Assembly (NCBI GenBank): GCA_964344755.1
Contig: CAYFOH010000003.1
Span: 1-53,000 of the forward strand
Source of the DNA: an uncultured Methanosarcinales archaeon
GTDB lineage: Archaea > Nanobdellota > Nanobdellia > Woesearchaeales > GW2011-AR9
Length of the DNA stretch: 53,000 bases
Reading direction: 5' to 3'
Shown here in pieces: positions 16,444 to 24,519 of this stretch (positions are counted from its first letter, which is position 1; each line of letters opens with the position of its first letter). Under the pieces are notes generated by a model. The model was not told the origin of the DNA, did no database searches, and worked only from the letters and a program-made list of their open reading frames with translations. A program made the position numbers and the translations under genes.

Positions 16444-19321
16444 TTAATGTTACCTCATCTTTTTTTAGATCTCTTGTTAGTTTTTTTCCTTTGAATTTAA
16501 AAAAGTTCTTAGCTTCTAGTCCTTGATTGGCCCTTTTAAAAATAAAATTTTCTTCTGTTACTAAATCTCCTTCTTTAAGATCCCTAGCAGCAACAATTCT
16601 TCTGATAATTAACTCTCTAGTAGGGATTTCAGAAGGCATGGGCTTTTTCTTTCCGTCCCCTAACAATTTCTCTGTCCGCCTAACTGCATCCACCATAGCT
16701 TTAAACTCGTCAGGTGTCAAAGATGCTTTATGATCAGGACCAGGCAGATTTTTATCAATAGTAAAATGTTTCTCTATATATACCGCCCCCAAGGCTCTAG
16801 CTGCTACAGGAGCTTCTGAACCTAATGAGTGATCAGAGAAACCTACAAGAGTGTTAAGGTTCTCCTTAAGATTTAACATTGCTCTAACATTAACCTCTTC
16901 ATCAGCACAAGGATAGTTAGAAGTACACTGACAAACGATGATTTGGTCATTCCCCTGGTTCCTAAGAATATCAACTGCCTTTTTCACTTCCTCAATGGTG
17001 GTTGTGCCAGAAGAAATTACCATAGGTAAATTAAACTTAGCAGTATATTTCAGTAAAGGATAATTAGTTATATCTCCAGAACCTACCTTCATTAAAGGAA
17101 TTTTTACTTCTTTAATTAAAAAGTCAACACTCTCTTTATCTTCCATAGTTGAGAAAAATATTAACCCCAGATCTTCAGCATATTTCTTCAACTCAAAGTG
17201 CCAGGGGTAAGGTAATTCTAATTTTTTGAGCATGTCAAATTGTGACTCTTGTGATTGTAAATTTTCTTTTTGATATTCAGCCATCTCTACATTGTTTAAA
17301 ATGATGTTTTCTGTTTTCCAAGTTTGAAACTTAACTGCATCTGCTCCAGATTGCTTAGCAGACAGAACCATCTTTTTGGCTAACTCTAAATCCTGGTTAT
17401 GGTTCACACCAATCTCTGCAACAATAAAACAAGGAGAATTTTTACTTAAGGTCCTCCCGGAAAAAGAAAATTCTTTCTCTTTACTTTCTTTGCTCAACAA
17501 AGCTTCTGCAATCTTAAAATCGTGGGGTTCGTCGATGTCGATAGACCTTTCCAAAGGCATAATTACAGCTTCGTGATTGTTCCCATAGAGTGTTTGGTTC
17601 TCAGTTAATAGTTTGGTTTTAACAGCATACACTGCACCATTTTCAATATAATATTCTGGAAGATCTTGACTCCTTTTCAAAAAATCTTGTGGATTTATAA
17701 ACTCTACCTTATTATTGTTTAACTTAGCCATATAGGCAGGGTGAGTAGTGACTGGAGAAAAAGTTTCCGCGGAGTCAGCCCCATGAATCACCTTCAAAAT
17801 AACTTTGTCTATGTCTTCAACATCTCTTAAAGGGGAGGTTGGTTGCAGGACGACAACAATGTCTGGAGAATAGCCTTCGTTCTCTAATGTCCTTAGAACA
17901 TGGTTTAGTACTGGAACAGTAGGAGTGTCATCTTGCGCCAATTCTTTTGGTCTGTCTATGACTTCGGCATTTTCCCTTAATGAAACTAATTTTATGTCTT
18001 CATCATCTGTAGAAACTACTGTTCTAGTTATAAATTTAGAATTCTTGGACTGCTTAATGGCATAAGAAATAAGCGGGCTCCCAACCAAGTCTTTAATATT
18101 TTTCTTAGGAATTCTTTTCGACCCACCCCTGGCAGGAATTATTGCTAAAATTTCTTTTTCTTGTTTAGAAGAAGATAAAGATTGTTTAACAACATCACAA
18201 ACCTCTTCAATATCTTCTTCAGTTAAACTAACAGAACAGGGAACATTTAATGTTCTGTCCCATAATTCTTTAGCTTTTTCAATTCGGTAACTTTGACAAC
18301 CTAAGTAAGGTTTTTGTTCATGAGCTAGACTCCAAGCTAATCTTGCTTGGATATTGTTCCTAGCCAGAGTTTCTTTAACTTGGTTCCTTAACTCTTTATT
18401 AGGAAATTGTAAAGAATAAAACCAACAGTTTGATTTAGAATATTCCGGTTGAACAGCTACTTTAACTGGACTATCGGCTAACAATCTTTTATACGTTTCC
18501 AGATTCTCCCTTTTTTTCTGAATAAATCCAGTTAATTGTTCAAATTGGGCTACACCAATAGCTGCTGCAACGTTAGACAAACGATAATTATAACCTATTT
18601 CTTCATGGACATAATCGTCGGAACCTTTCTTGGCCTGGTTTGTTAAATATAAAGCTTTGTCAGCCAGTTCCTTATTGTTTGTTACTAACATTCCGCCTCC
18701 ACCAGTTGTCATAATTTTGTTACCATTAAAACTGAAACAGGCAATATCCCCAGAGTTGCCAACCCTTTTGCCTTTATATTCTGACCCCAAAGCTTCACAA
18801 GCATCTTCAATTATTCTAAGGTTATATTTTTGACAAATCTCTAACAAGGGATCCATATCAACAGAAACACCAAACAAATGTACTGGCACTACTGCTTTAA
18901 CTTGTCTTCCTGTTTTTTTATTATAACATTTACCTTCTCTTGATTCACACTCCTCTTCTAAAAAACGTTTTACCTTTTTAACATCCAAATTATAATATTG
19001 ATCACTGTCCATAAAAACTGGTTCAGCACCAAGATACTTTACAGCATTAGCACTAGCAATAAAAGTGAGGGTAGGTACTAAAACTTCATCGTTACAGCCG
19101 ACACCACAAACTCTTAGAGCAAGTTGTAAAGCTGCTGTTCCATTAATACAGGCTACGGCATATTTCAAACCAACATAATTGGCAATTAATTCCTCAAATC
19201 TTTTTACATAACTTCCAACAGAAGAAACCCATTCTGTGTCTAAACACTCCTTAACATATAACCATTCGTTTCCTTTAATGGTAGGCACACTTAACGGAAT
19301 GAACTTTTCCATTATTCCCAC
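16424..19321 (-). CDS. Triple fusion: LegC/PseC-like aminotransferase + CMP-nonulosonate synthetase (NeuA/LegF-like) + nonulosonate synthase (NeuB/LegI-like, with SAF domain)
   Basis: aa 1-383 (nt 18173-19321): DegT fold, FSFNGNKIMTTGGGG. aa 388-612 (nt 17486-18160): ILAIIPARGGSKRIPKKN cytidylyltransferase motif. aa 622-965 (nt 16427-17458): CFIVAEIGVNHNQD, GFSDHS and a C-terminal SAF-like tail. No stop codons between the modules. Confidence 0.9.
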   Translation of the reverse strand: MGIMEKFIPLSVPTIKGNEWLYVKECLDTEWVSSVGSYVKRFEELIANYVGLKYAVACINGTAALQLALRVCGVGCNDEVLVPTLTFIASANAVKYLGAEPVFMDSDQYYNLDVKKVKRFLEEECESREGKCYNKKTGRQVKAVVPVHLFGVSVDMDPLLEICQKYNLRIIEDACEALGSEYKGKRVGNSGDIACFSFNGNKIMTTGGGGMLVTNNKELADKALYLTNQAKKGSDDYVHEEIGYNYRLSNVAAAIGVAQFEQLTGFIQKKRENLETYKRLLADSPVKVAVQPEYSKSNCWFYSLQFPNKELRNQVKETLARNNIQARLAWSLAHEQKPYLGCQSYRIEKAKELWDRTLNVPCSVSLTEEDIEEVCDVVKQSLSSSKQEKEILAIIPARGGSKRIPKKNIKDLVGSPLISYAIKQSKNSKFITRTVVSTDDEDIKLVSLRENAEVIDRPKELAQDDTPTVPVLNHVLRTLENEGYSPDIVVVLQPTSPLRDVEDIDKVILKVIHGADSAETFSPVTTHPAYMAKLNNNKVEFINPQDFLKRSQDLPEYYIENGAVYAVKTKLLTENQTLYGNNHEAVIMPLERSIDIDEPHDFKIAEALLSKESKEKEFSFSGRTLSKNSPCFIVAEIGVNHNQDLELAKKMVLSAKQSGADAVKFQTWKTENIILNNVEMAEYQKENLQSQESQFDMLKKLELPYPWHFELKKYAEDLGLIFFSTMEDKESVDFLIKEVKIPLMKVGSGDITNYPLLKYTAKFNLPMVISSGTTTIEEVKKAVDILRNQGNDQIIVCQCTSNYPCADEEVNVRAMLNLKENLNTLVGFSDHSLGSEAPVAARALGAVYIEKHFTIDKNLPGPDHKASLTPDEFKAMVDAVRRTEKLLGDGKKKPMPSEIPTRELIIRRIVAARDLKEGDLVTEENFIFKRANQGLEAKNFFKFKGKKLTRDLKKDEVTLNATYFQ

Positions 19322-20304
19322 ACTCCATTGTTCTTAATATCTTCAACATACCACTGCATAGTTTTCTGGAATCCTTCTTCCAAAGATACCTCTGGATGAA
19401 ACCCTGTCAACTCCTTAATTTTTGTTGTGTTTGGACATCTTCGGTCAACGGATCCTAACGGAGGTTCTACTAACTTAAGTTCAGGGTGGTGATCTAAACC
19501 ATCCAGAAGGATTTTTACACCCCTTAAAATTTTACTTTCCTCAGAACTATTTCCAACGTGAAGGATTTCGTTTTTAGTCTTGTCTGAACTCATAGCTAGT
19601 ACTGTTTGTTTTATAGCATCAGAAATATAACAGAAAGCTCTCGTTTGATTATATCCATATACTAAAAAAGGATCTTCCTTGTTGACGATTCTTTTAACTA
19701 CTTCAGGCAAAAAATGAGCATAACCCATCCGGGGACCGTAAATGTTATGATACCTAACAATAACATATTCATAATTGTCCTTAGAATTAAAAATAACTAA
19801 TTGTTCTCCAACAAGTTTACTGGAAGCATAAGACATTCTAGGGTTGTAGATATCTTTTATAGATAAGGGAACTTTCTCGTTAGTTGGTACTTGGACAATC
19901 CCTAAATCAAAACTACTAGCGTAAGTTTCACAACTAGAACTAAACAATATACGTTTACATCTATTCTCTTTAACCAGTTTAATAACATTCATTGTTGTGA
20001 TTATGTTAACGTCAAGAACTAATGCTGGATTGTTCATACAGTGTTTAACTCCAATAATGGCTGCAAGATGATAAACATGGTCATAATATTGCCAAACCTT
20101 TTCTTTCATCTCTTCTAAATTCATTAAATTAACCTGCTGGAATTGAACATTAGGTCTTTCTATTAATTCCTTGAACAAAGTGTCTATTCGTCCTCTTCTT
20201 AAATTGTCAGCCAGAACAAGCTGGTTTTCTGAATTTTTAGAAAGATGATTAGCTAAATGGTATCCCACAAACCCTGCTGCACCAGTAATCAATATTTTAC
20301 TCAT
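19312..20304 (-). CDS. Extended SDR NAD-dependent nucleotide-sugar epimerase/dehydratase
   Basis: ILITGAAGFVGYHL Rossmann motif, SSSCE and YASSK (YxxxK) catalytic elements. 8-nt overlap with the upstream dehydrogenase. Confidence 0.8.
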   Translation of the reverse strand: MSKILITGAAGFVGYHLANHLSKNSENQLVLADNLRRGRIDTLFKELIERPNVQFQQVNLMNLEEMKEKVWQYYDHVYHLAAIIGVKHCMNNPALVLDVNIITTMNVIKLVKENRCKRILFSSSCETYASSFDLGIVQVPTNEKVPLSIKDIYNPRMSYASSKLVGEQLVIFNSKDNYEYVIVRYHNIYGPRMGYAHFLPEVVKRIVNKEDPFLVYGYNQTRAFCYISDAIKQTVLAMSSDKTKNEILHVGNSSEESKILRGVKILLDGLDHHPELKLVEPPLGSVDRRCPNTTKIKELTGFHPEVSLEEGFQKTMQWYVEDIKNNGVWE

Positions 20305-21667
20305 TCAAATGACCTTTTCCTATTCCTATTACTTTGTGTCCCCTCTCCTTTAAGACTGTTATTTTAGCATCATCTAGGATGTTAAACGTATCTACAATTA
20401 GGCTCTGGGGCTTTAAGCTTTGTGAAAACTTGTTTGGATCTAATTCAAGGTACTCTTTATGTCTAACTGCTAAAACAAGAATATCAAAATCTTGATAATT
20501 TTGGCCACAAAAAACATCTATTTTGTCATGATAAGTTTCTATAATAGGATCAGTTACCAAACAAGTAGCACCTTCCTTTTTAAGAGCATCACATAAAATT
20601 TTGGAGGGACTGTTCCTAGTATCAGCTACATCCGGCATATAAGAATAACCTAAAATAAGAACCTTTTTGTCGGTCAGGTCAATATGTTGTTTAATTCTGT
20701 TAAGCGTGTGCAAAGGCATTTTGTCATTAATAGCAATTGCTTGCAAAGTTAAAGGCAATTTTTTTCCAGAATAAAAATGGTTAGCACCCCATTGAGCAAA
20801 CAAAGCATCTTTAGGTAAGCAATAACCGCCAACCCCAAAACCAGGATTCATGATGTTGTCATGGGTCCCTTTCCTTTTCTTAATTGCTTGAATAACTTCA
20901 AATAGATTGATTCCCATGTCTTCAGCCAACTCTGTCCATTCTTGGATAAAAGCAATATTCATCGCACGATAGCTATTTTCTAAAACTTTAGCTAATTCTG
21001 TACTCTGTGAATTGTTAAAGTAAGTAAGAGGATAGTTTTTTGTGTCAATGATATTTTCAAAAAATTCTTGTGCTCTGTCTTTGGCTTCTTGACAATTAGC
21101 AGAGTAATTTCGCCAAAAATGAGTTATTGATTTAAGATAATGTTTACCAGGCATGACTCTTTCATAAGAATGACAGATTAAAGGTTTGGAAGAAATGTTT
21201 CTTTTAAAAAACTCTTGTTTAACTGTTTTTTCAACAATATTTTTTGTTGTTCCTGGGGGTACAGTTGTCTCAATAATAACTAAACAATCTGGTTTAATTT
21301 TTTGAGCAAACGTTTTGATAGCAATCTCAAATCTTTTTATTGTAACTTTAGGTTCTTCATAAGGAGATTTTTTGTCAACACTTAAATCGACATCGACAAT
21401 TACAATGTCAGCATCTTTGTACTCATCTGGATTGTTGCTAGCTTTAAGGTTCTTGATTTCTAATACTGCTTCCTTTAATTTTTTTTTTAAAGAGTCGTCT
21501 TCACAGAAAAAGAGTAGTTCTCCTTCGTTAATGGCAGTTATTTTTCTTTTGTCTATGTCAACACCTACTACTCTATAAATTGGTTTCTGGTTCTTTCTAG
21601 CACTGGCTACTGCAGTAGCCATGGCTGAACCAACAAATCCCAGACCTTGCACACATACTTTCTGCAT
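20297..21667 (-). CDS. Nucleotide-sugar 6-dehydrogenase (UDP-glucose/GDP-mannose dehydrogenase family; WecC/TviB/WbpO-like)
   Basis: N-terminal GLGFVGSAMA NAD fold and catalytic-Cys motif GVGGYCLPKD. 456 aa. Confidence 0.85.
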   Translation of the reverse strand: MQKVCVQGLGFVGSAMATAVASARKNQKPIYRVVGVDIDKRKITAINEGELLFFCEDDSLKKKLKEAVLEIKNLKASNNPDEYKDADIVIVDVDLSVDKKSPYEEPKVTIKRFEIAIKTFAQKIKPDCLVIIETTVPPGTTKNIVEKTVKQEFFKRNISSKPLICHSYERVMPGKHYLKSITHFWRNYSANCQEAKDRAQEFFENIIDTKNYPLTYFNNSQSTELAKVLENSYRAMNIAFIQEWTELAEDMGINLFEVIQAIKKRKGTHDNIMNPGFGVGGYCLPKDALFAQWGANHFYSGKKLPLTLQAIAINDKMPLHTLNRIKQHIDLTDKKVLILGYSYMPDVADTRNSPSKILCDALKKEGATCLVTDPIIETYHDKIDVFCGQNYQDFDILVLAVRHKEYLELDPNKFSQSLKPQSLIVDTFNILDDAKITVLKERGHKVIGIGKGHLNE

Positions 21668-21687
21668 GCATTTAGTCCTAAAATTTG

Positions 21688-21696
21688 TTTATATAA
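21688..21696 (-). promoter_or_regulatory. Putative TATA box (TTATATAAA on minus strand) ~21-29 nt upstream of start 21667
   Basis: 78-nt spacer upstream of the dehydrogenase-SDR-fusion-methyltransferase-FemAB gene string. Confidence 0.4.
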
Positions 21697-21745
21697 GGTT
21701 TACTAAAGTCAAATCTAGAGAAAAGGATCTTTATTATCTTGAACA

Positions 21746-22144
21746 TTAAGGAGAATATTTTTCTGGATTAAGAATTAATTCATAAACAGTTTTTTCCGAG
21801 ATGTATTCAGGAAGATCACTACCGGGATTATGACTAAGAACCAATCTAAAACCATATTCTAACATAACTAACTCAGAAAGTCTGGTGTGAGGTACACAAG
21901 TTTTAAAACTAAGCCCCTCAATGGAAAAAAAATCTTTGGGTGTCATTTTTACTCCTTCTCTAACATTTGTCTCATCACTCATCAGCTCAACAAGAATATC
22001 AACACTTTCTGGAGCATAAGGCTCATTATCAGAAACTTTTCTATTCACAATCTTTGAATCATTAAGGTACTTTATTGCTGCCTGCAAATAGAGATATTGG
22101 GTGCCCCTATAAGACGGCCCAAAAAAAACTTGAATTTCTTTCAT
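21746..22144 (-). CDS. Hypothetical protein (132 aa)
   Basis: Clean ORF between two pathway genes with short spacers on both sides. No motif recognised. Confidence 0.4.
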   Translation of the reverse strand: MKEIQVFFGPSYRGTQYLYLQAAIKYLNDSKIVNRKVSDNEPYAPESVDILVELMSDETNVREGVKMTPKDFFSIEGLSFKTCVPHTRLSELVMLEYGFRLVLSHNPGSDLPEYISEKTVYELILNPEKYSP

Positions 22145-22175
22145 TTTAAGTGCAAAAAAGAGTTAGTTTATAATA

Positions 22176-23285
22176 TTATCCCTGCTTAAACCTAAACTCG
22201 TCATTTTCCAAATGACCTAAAACTTCTTCGTACTTCTCCCACTGTCCAATGTCAAACCATTGATTAGACCTGATTGGAAAAACACCTACTTTAATTCCCC
22301 TCTTGATTAAATCTGTCAACAAGTCAGTTGTATCATATTTCTTGTCTCTAGGAATATATTGCAAAACTTCTGGTTCTAAAACGTACATCCCTGTGTTTAT
22401 CAGATGATCATATTCTGGCTTCTCATGGATTGATTCTACTGTTCCTTCCTCTTTAAGATTTAAAACACCATAAGGTACTTTAGTGTTCTTTAAAGCTCCA
22501 ACAACAGTTACTTGGTTCTCGCTGTTTTTATGAAAATTTAAAATTGCAGTATAATTGGCATCAATCAAAATGTCACAATTAGAAACAAAAAAAGTTTCAT
22601 TTAATTGATCTTTAAGATAAGCTAAACCACCAATAGTTCCTAGTTTTTTGCCAGCAAGTTCATCTTCATTAATGAAATTAATCTGACAACCGTGATCAAT
22701 ATAAGAAAAATAAGTTTTAACCATCTCGGCCATATAATTTACACTGATATGAAAATTTTTTAGTCCGTAGGATTGGAAATTTTCTATTATTCTTTGAATG
22801 ATTGCTTTTGAACCAACTGGTGCCAAAGGTTTTGGTAAAATACCCGTTAGAGGTCTTAATCTCGTACCCTCGCCGCCAGCCATAATTACCACTGGATTTG
22901 ATAAGAGATCTGAAAAAGATTTCTCAATTAAATCAAGATAAGAAATAACATTAACTATTTTATCCGCAGAATCAATAATTGGGAGGTGCCTGATCTCTTT
23001 TTGGGTCATTCTTTCCTTAATAGTTTCTTTAGATACTAACTCATGGGAAAATATTTTAGTTGGGTTAGGATTCATAAAATTAGCAACCTTTTCGTTTAAA
23101 GGAACTTTTTTCAAAATCGATCTCCGAACGTCACCATCTGTTACACATCCAACTAACTTTTTTTGATAGTTCACCACAAAAAGAGTACTAATTCTAAACT
23201 TATCCATATTAGCCATGGCCTGCTTAAGTGTGATGTCCTGATTAATCAACATACCTTGAAAATCTTTCATTGTTCGCCCCAACAA
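22176..23285 (-). CDS. CBS-pair + sugar-phosphate nucleotidyltransferase (PtmE-like HexNAc-1-P nucleotidyltransferase candidate)
   Basis: The N-terminal ~125 aa has CBS-pair character (VGCVTDGDVRR, IRHLPIID). It is followed by VIMAGGEGTRLRPLT (GxGxRL NTP_transferase motif). The likely true start is the ATG at 23270 (ATGA overlap with the upstream stop). Confidence 0.8.
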   Translation of the reverse strand: MLGRTMKDFQGMLINQDITLKQAMANMDKFRISTLFVVNYQKKLVGCVTDGDVRRSILKKVPLNEKVANFMNPNPTKIFSHELVSKETIKERMTQKEIRHLPIIDSADKIVNVISYLDLIEKSFSDLLSNPVVIMAGGEGTRLRPLTGILPKPLAPVGSKAIIQRIIENFQSYGLKNFHISVNYMAEMVKTYFSYIDHGCQINFINEDELAGKKLGTIGGLAYLKDQLNETFFVSNCDILIDANYTAILNFHKNSENQVTVVGALKNTKVPYGVLNLKEEGTVESIHEKPEYDHLINTGMYVLEPEVLQYIPRDKKYDTTDLLTDLIKRGIKVGVFPIRSNQWFDIGQWEKYEEVLGHLENDEFRFKQG

Positions 23286-24427
23286 AGCTTTTTCTTCAGT
23301 AAAGATTGAAAATCTTCAATTTTTTCTAGTTCTTGTGATAAGTAGTTACTAAAATCCCCGTTACCATAAGGAGATTTGACGTCTTTAATTTCTTCAAGAA
23401 ATTCATCGCTCAATGCTTTATTAATAGCTGGAACTATCTCTTCTTCCGAACAGTCAATAATATTCTTACAACGTAATCTTCCTTTTTGGCGATTACCAAC
23501 ATTTATGGTAGGTTTTCTAAAAGCAGGAGTTTCAATAATTCCACTAGAAGAGTTGCCGATTACAACATCGCATAAACGCATTAAGTTAAGATATCTCTCA
23601 TGCCCTAAATTATGAAAAAAGTAGACGTCGGGTTTGTTTTTAGCATATTCTCTTAACTTCTGGCTAATCAAAGAGCCGCCAAAGTCTTGGTTTGGTGAAG
23701 TGATTATTTGAATAGAATCAAAACTCTTAAGCCCAGAAATAAAAAAGTTCACTTGTTCTTTTATCTTTTCTACTTCTAAGGTTGTGGGGTGATATGTTAT
23801 CAAAAATATAGGTTTGGAATTGTTCGCAATTTTAAGTTGATCAAACAGCTCCAACTTTGATAAAACAGGAATTTTCTTTATGTTCTCTATACAAGGATCA
23901 CCACAATTAAAAACACGAGCAGGGTCTTCACCTAGTCTAATAAGGTTCTTGTAGCTGGGAGTTGAACCAGGAAAATGTAAGTGAGATAATTTGGTTAAAG
24001 CATGTCTTATTTGTTCATCTATTGCACCTTCTGAAACGTCCCCTCCACTGATATGGACTATTGGGACATTCATAACAGTAGCTACACCAGCAGCTGCCAG
24101 AAGTTCGTATCGATCACCTAAGAAAATCATTAAGTCTGGGCTTATCTTAGTGAAAAGATCCGCTAATTCTTTAGTTAAAATAGACATGGAAACTGCTAAA
24201 TCTCTTTTAGAAAAATGATCTTTGTCAGGTAATATTTTTATTTTGTGGACATTCTTAATTCCTGCTTTTTCAATCTCTTGAATAGTATAACCATGATGCT
24301 TAGAAAGATGAGAACCTGTGGCTACAACATGTATTTCGAAAGAGTTGTTTTCCCCTAACTTTTTAATAGGCCAATAAAGCAGATCAAAGGACATCCTACC
24401 TTCTGTCAGTACCACGACTCTTTTCAT
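23267..24427 (-). CDS. neuC: Hydrolysing UDP/GDP-HexNAc 2-epimerase (NeuC/LegG family)
   Basis: GDRYELLAAAGVATVMNVPIVHISGGDVSEGAIDEQIRHALTKLSHLHF matches the NeuC-type 2-epimerase core. Confidence 0.85.
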   Translation of the reverse strand: MKRVVVLTEGRMSFDLLYWPIKKLGENNSFEIHVVATGSHLSKHHGYTIQEIEKAGIKNVHKIKILPDKDHFSKRDLAVSMSILTKELADLFTKISPDLMIFLGDRYELLAAAGVATVMNVPIVHISGGDVSEGAIDEQIRHALTKLSHLHFPGSTPSYKNLIRLGEDPARVFNCGDPCIENIKKIPVLSKLELFDQLKIANNSKPIFLITYHPTTLEVEKIKEQVNFFISGLKSFDSIQIITSPNQDFGGSLISQKLREYAKNKPDVYFFHNLGHERYLNLMRLCDVVIGNSSSGIIETPAFRKPTINVGNRQKGRLRCKNIIDCSEEEIVPAINKALSDEFLEEIKDVKSPYGNGDFSNYLSQELEKIEDFQSLLKKKLCWGEQ

Positions 24428-24447
24428 AATCTTATCTGGCCAAAATT

Positions 24448-24458
24448 ACTTATATAAG
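24448..24458 (-). promoter_or_regulatory. Putative TATA box (CTTATATAAGT) ~21-31 nt upstream of neuC start 24427
   Basis: Divergent 92-nt spacer 24428-24519. Confidence 0.4.
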
Positions 24459-24491
24459 ATTTGCTAAAGTAAGAACTAGTATACGTTAGGT

Positions 24492-24499
24492 TTTTATAG
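24492..24499 (+). promoter_or_regulatory. Putative TATA box (TTTTATAG) ~21-28 nt upstream of ATG 24520
   Basis: Same divergent spacer. The geometry mirrors the minus-strand element. Confidence 0.35.
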
Positions 24500-24519
24500 A
24501 CATTCCAGACTAAAAAATC

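Noticed and set aside
14757-24427. Pseudaminic acid or plain Neu5Ac assignment for the nonulosonate locus
   Set aside because: The pseudaminic route uses a PseG-type nucleotidase rather than the NeuC-type hydrolysing 2-epimerase seen here. Neu5Ac synthesis needs no aminotransferase. A legionaminic-type route fits best, although this remains unproven.
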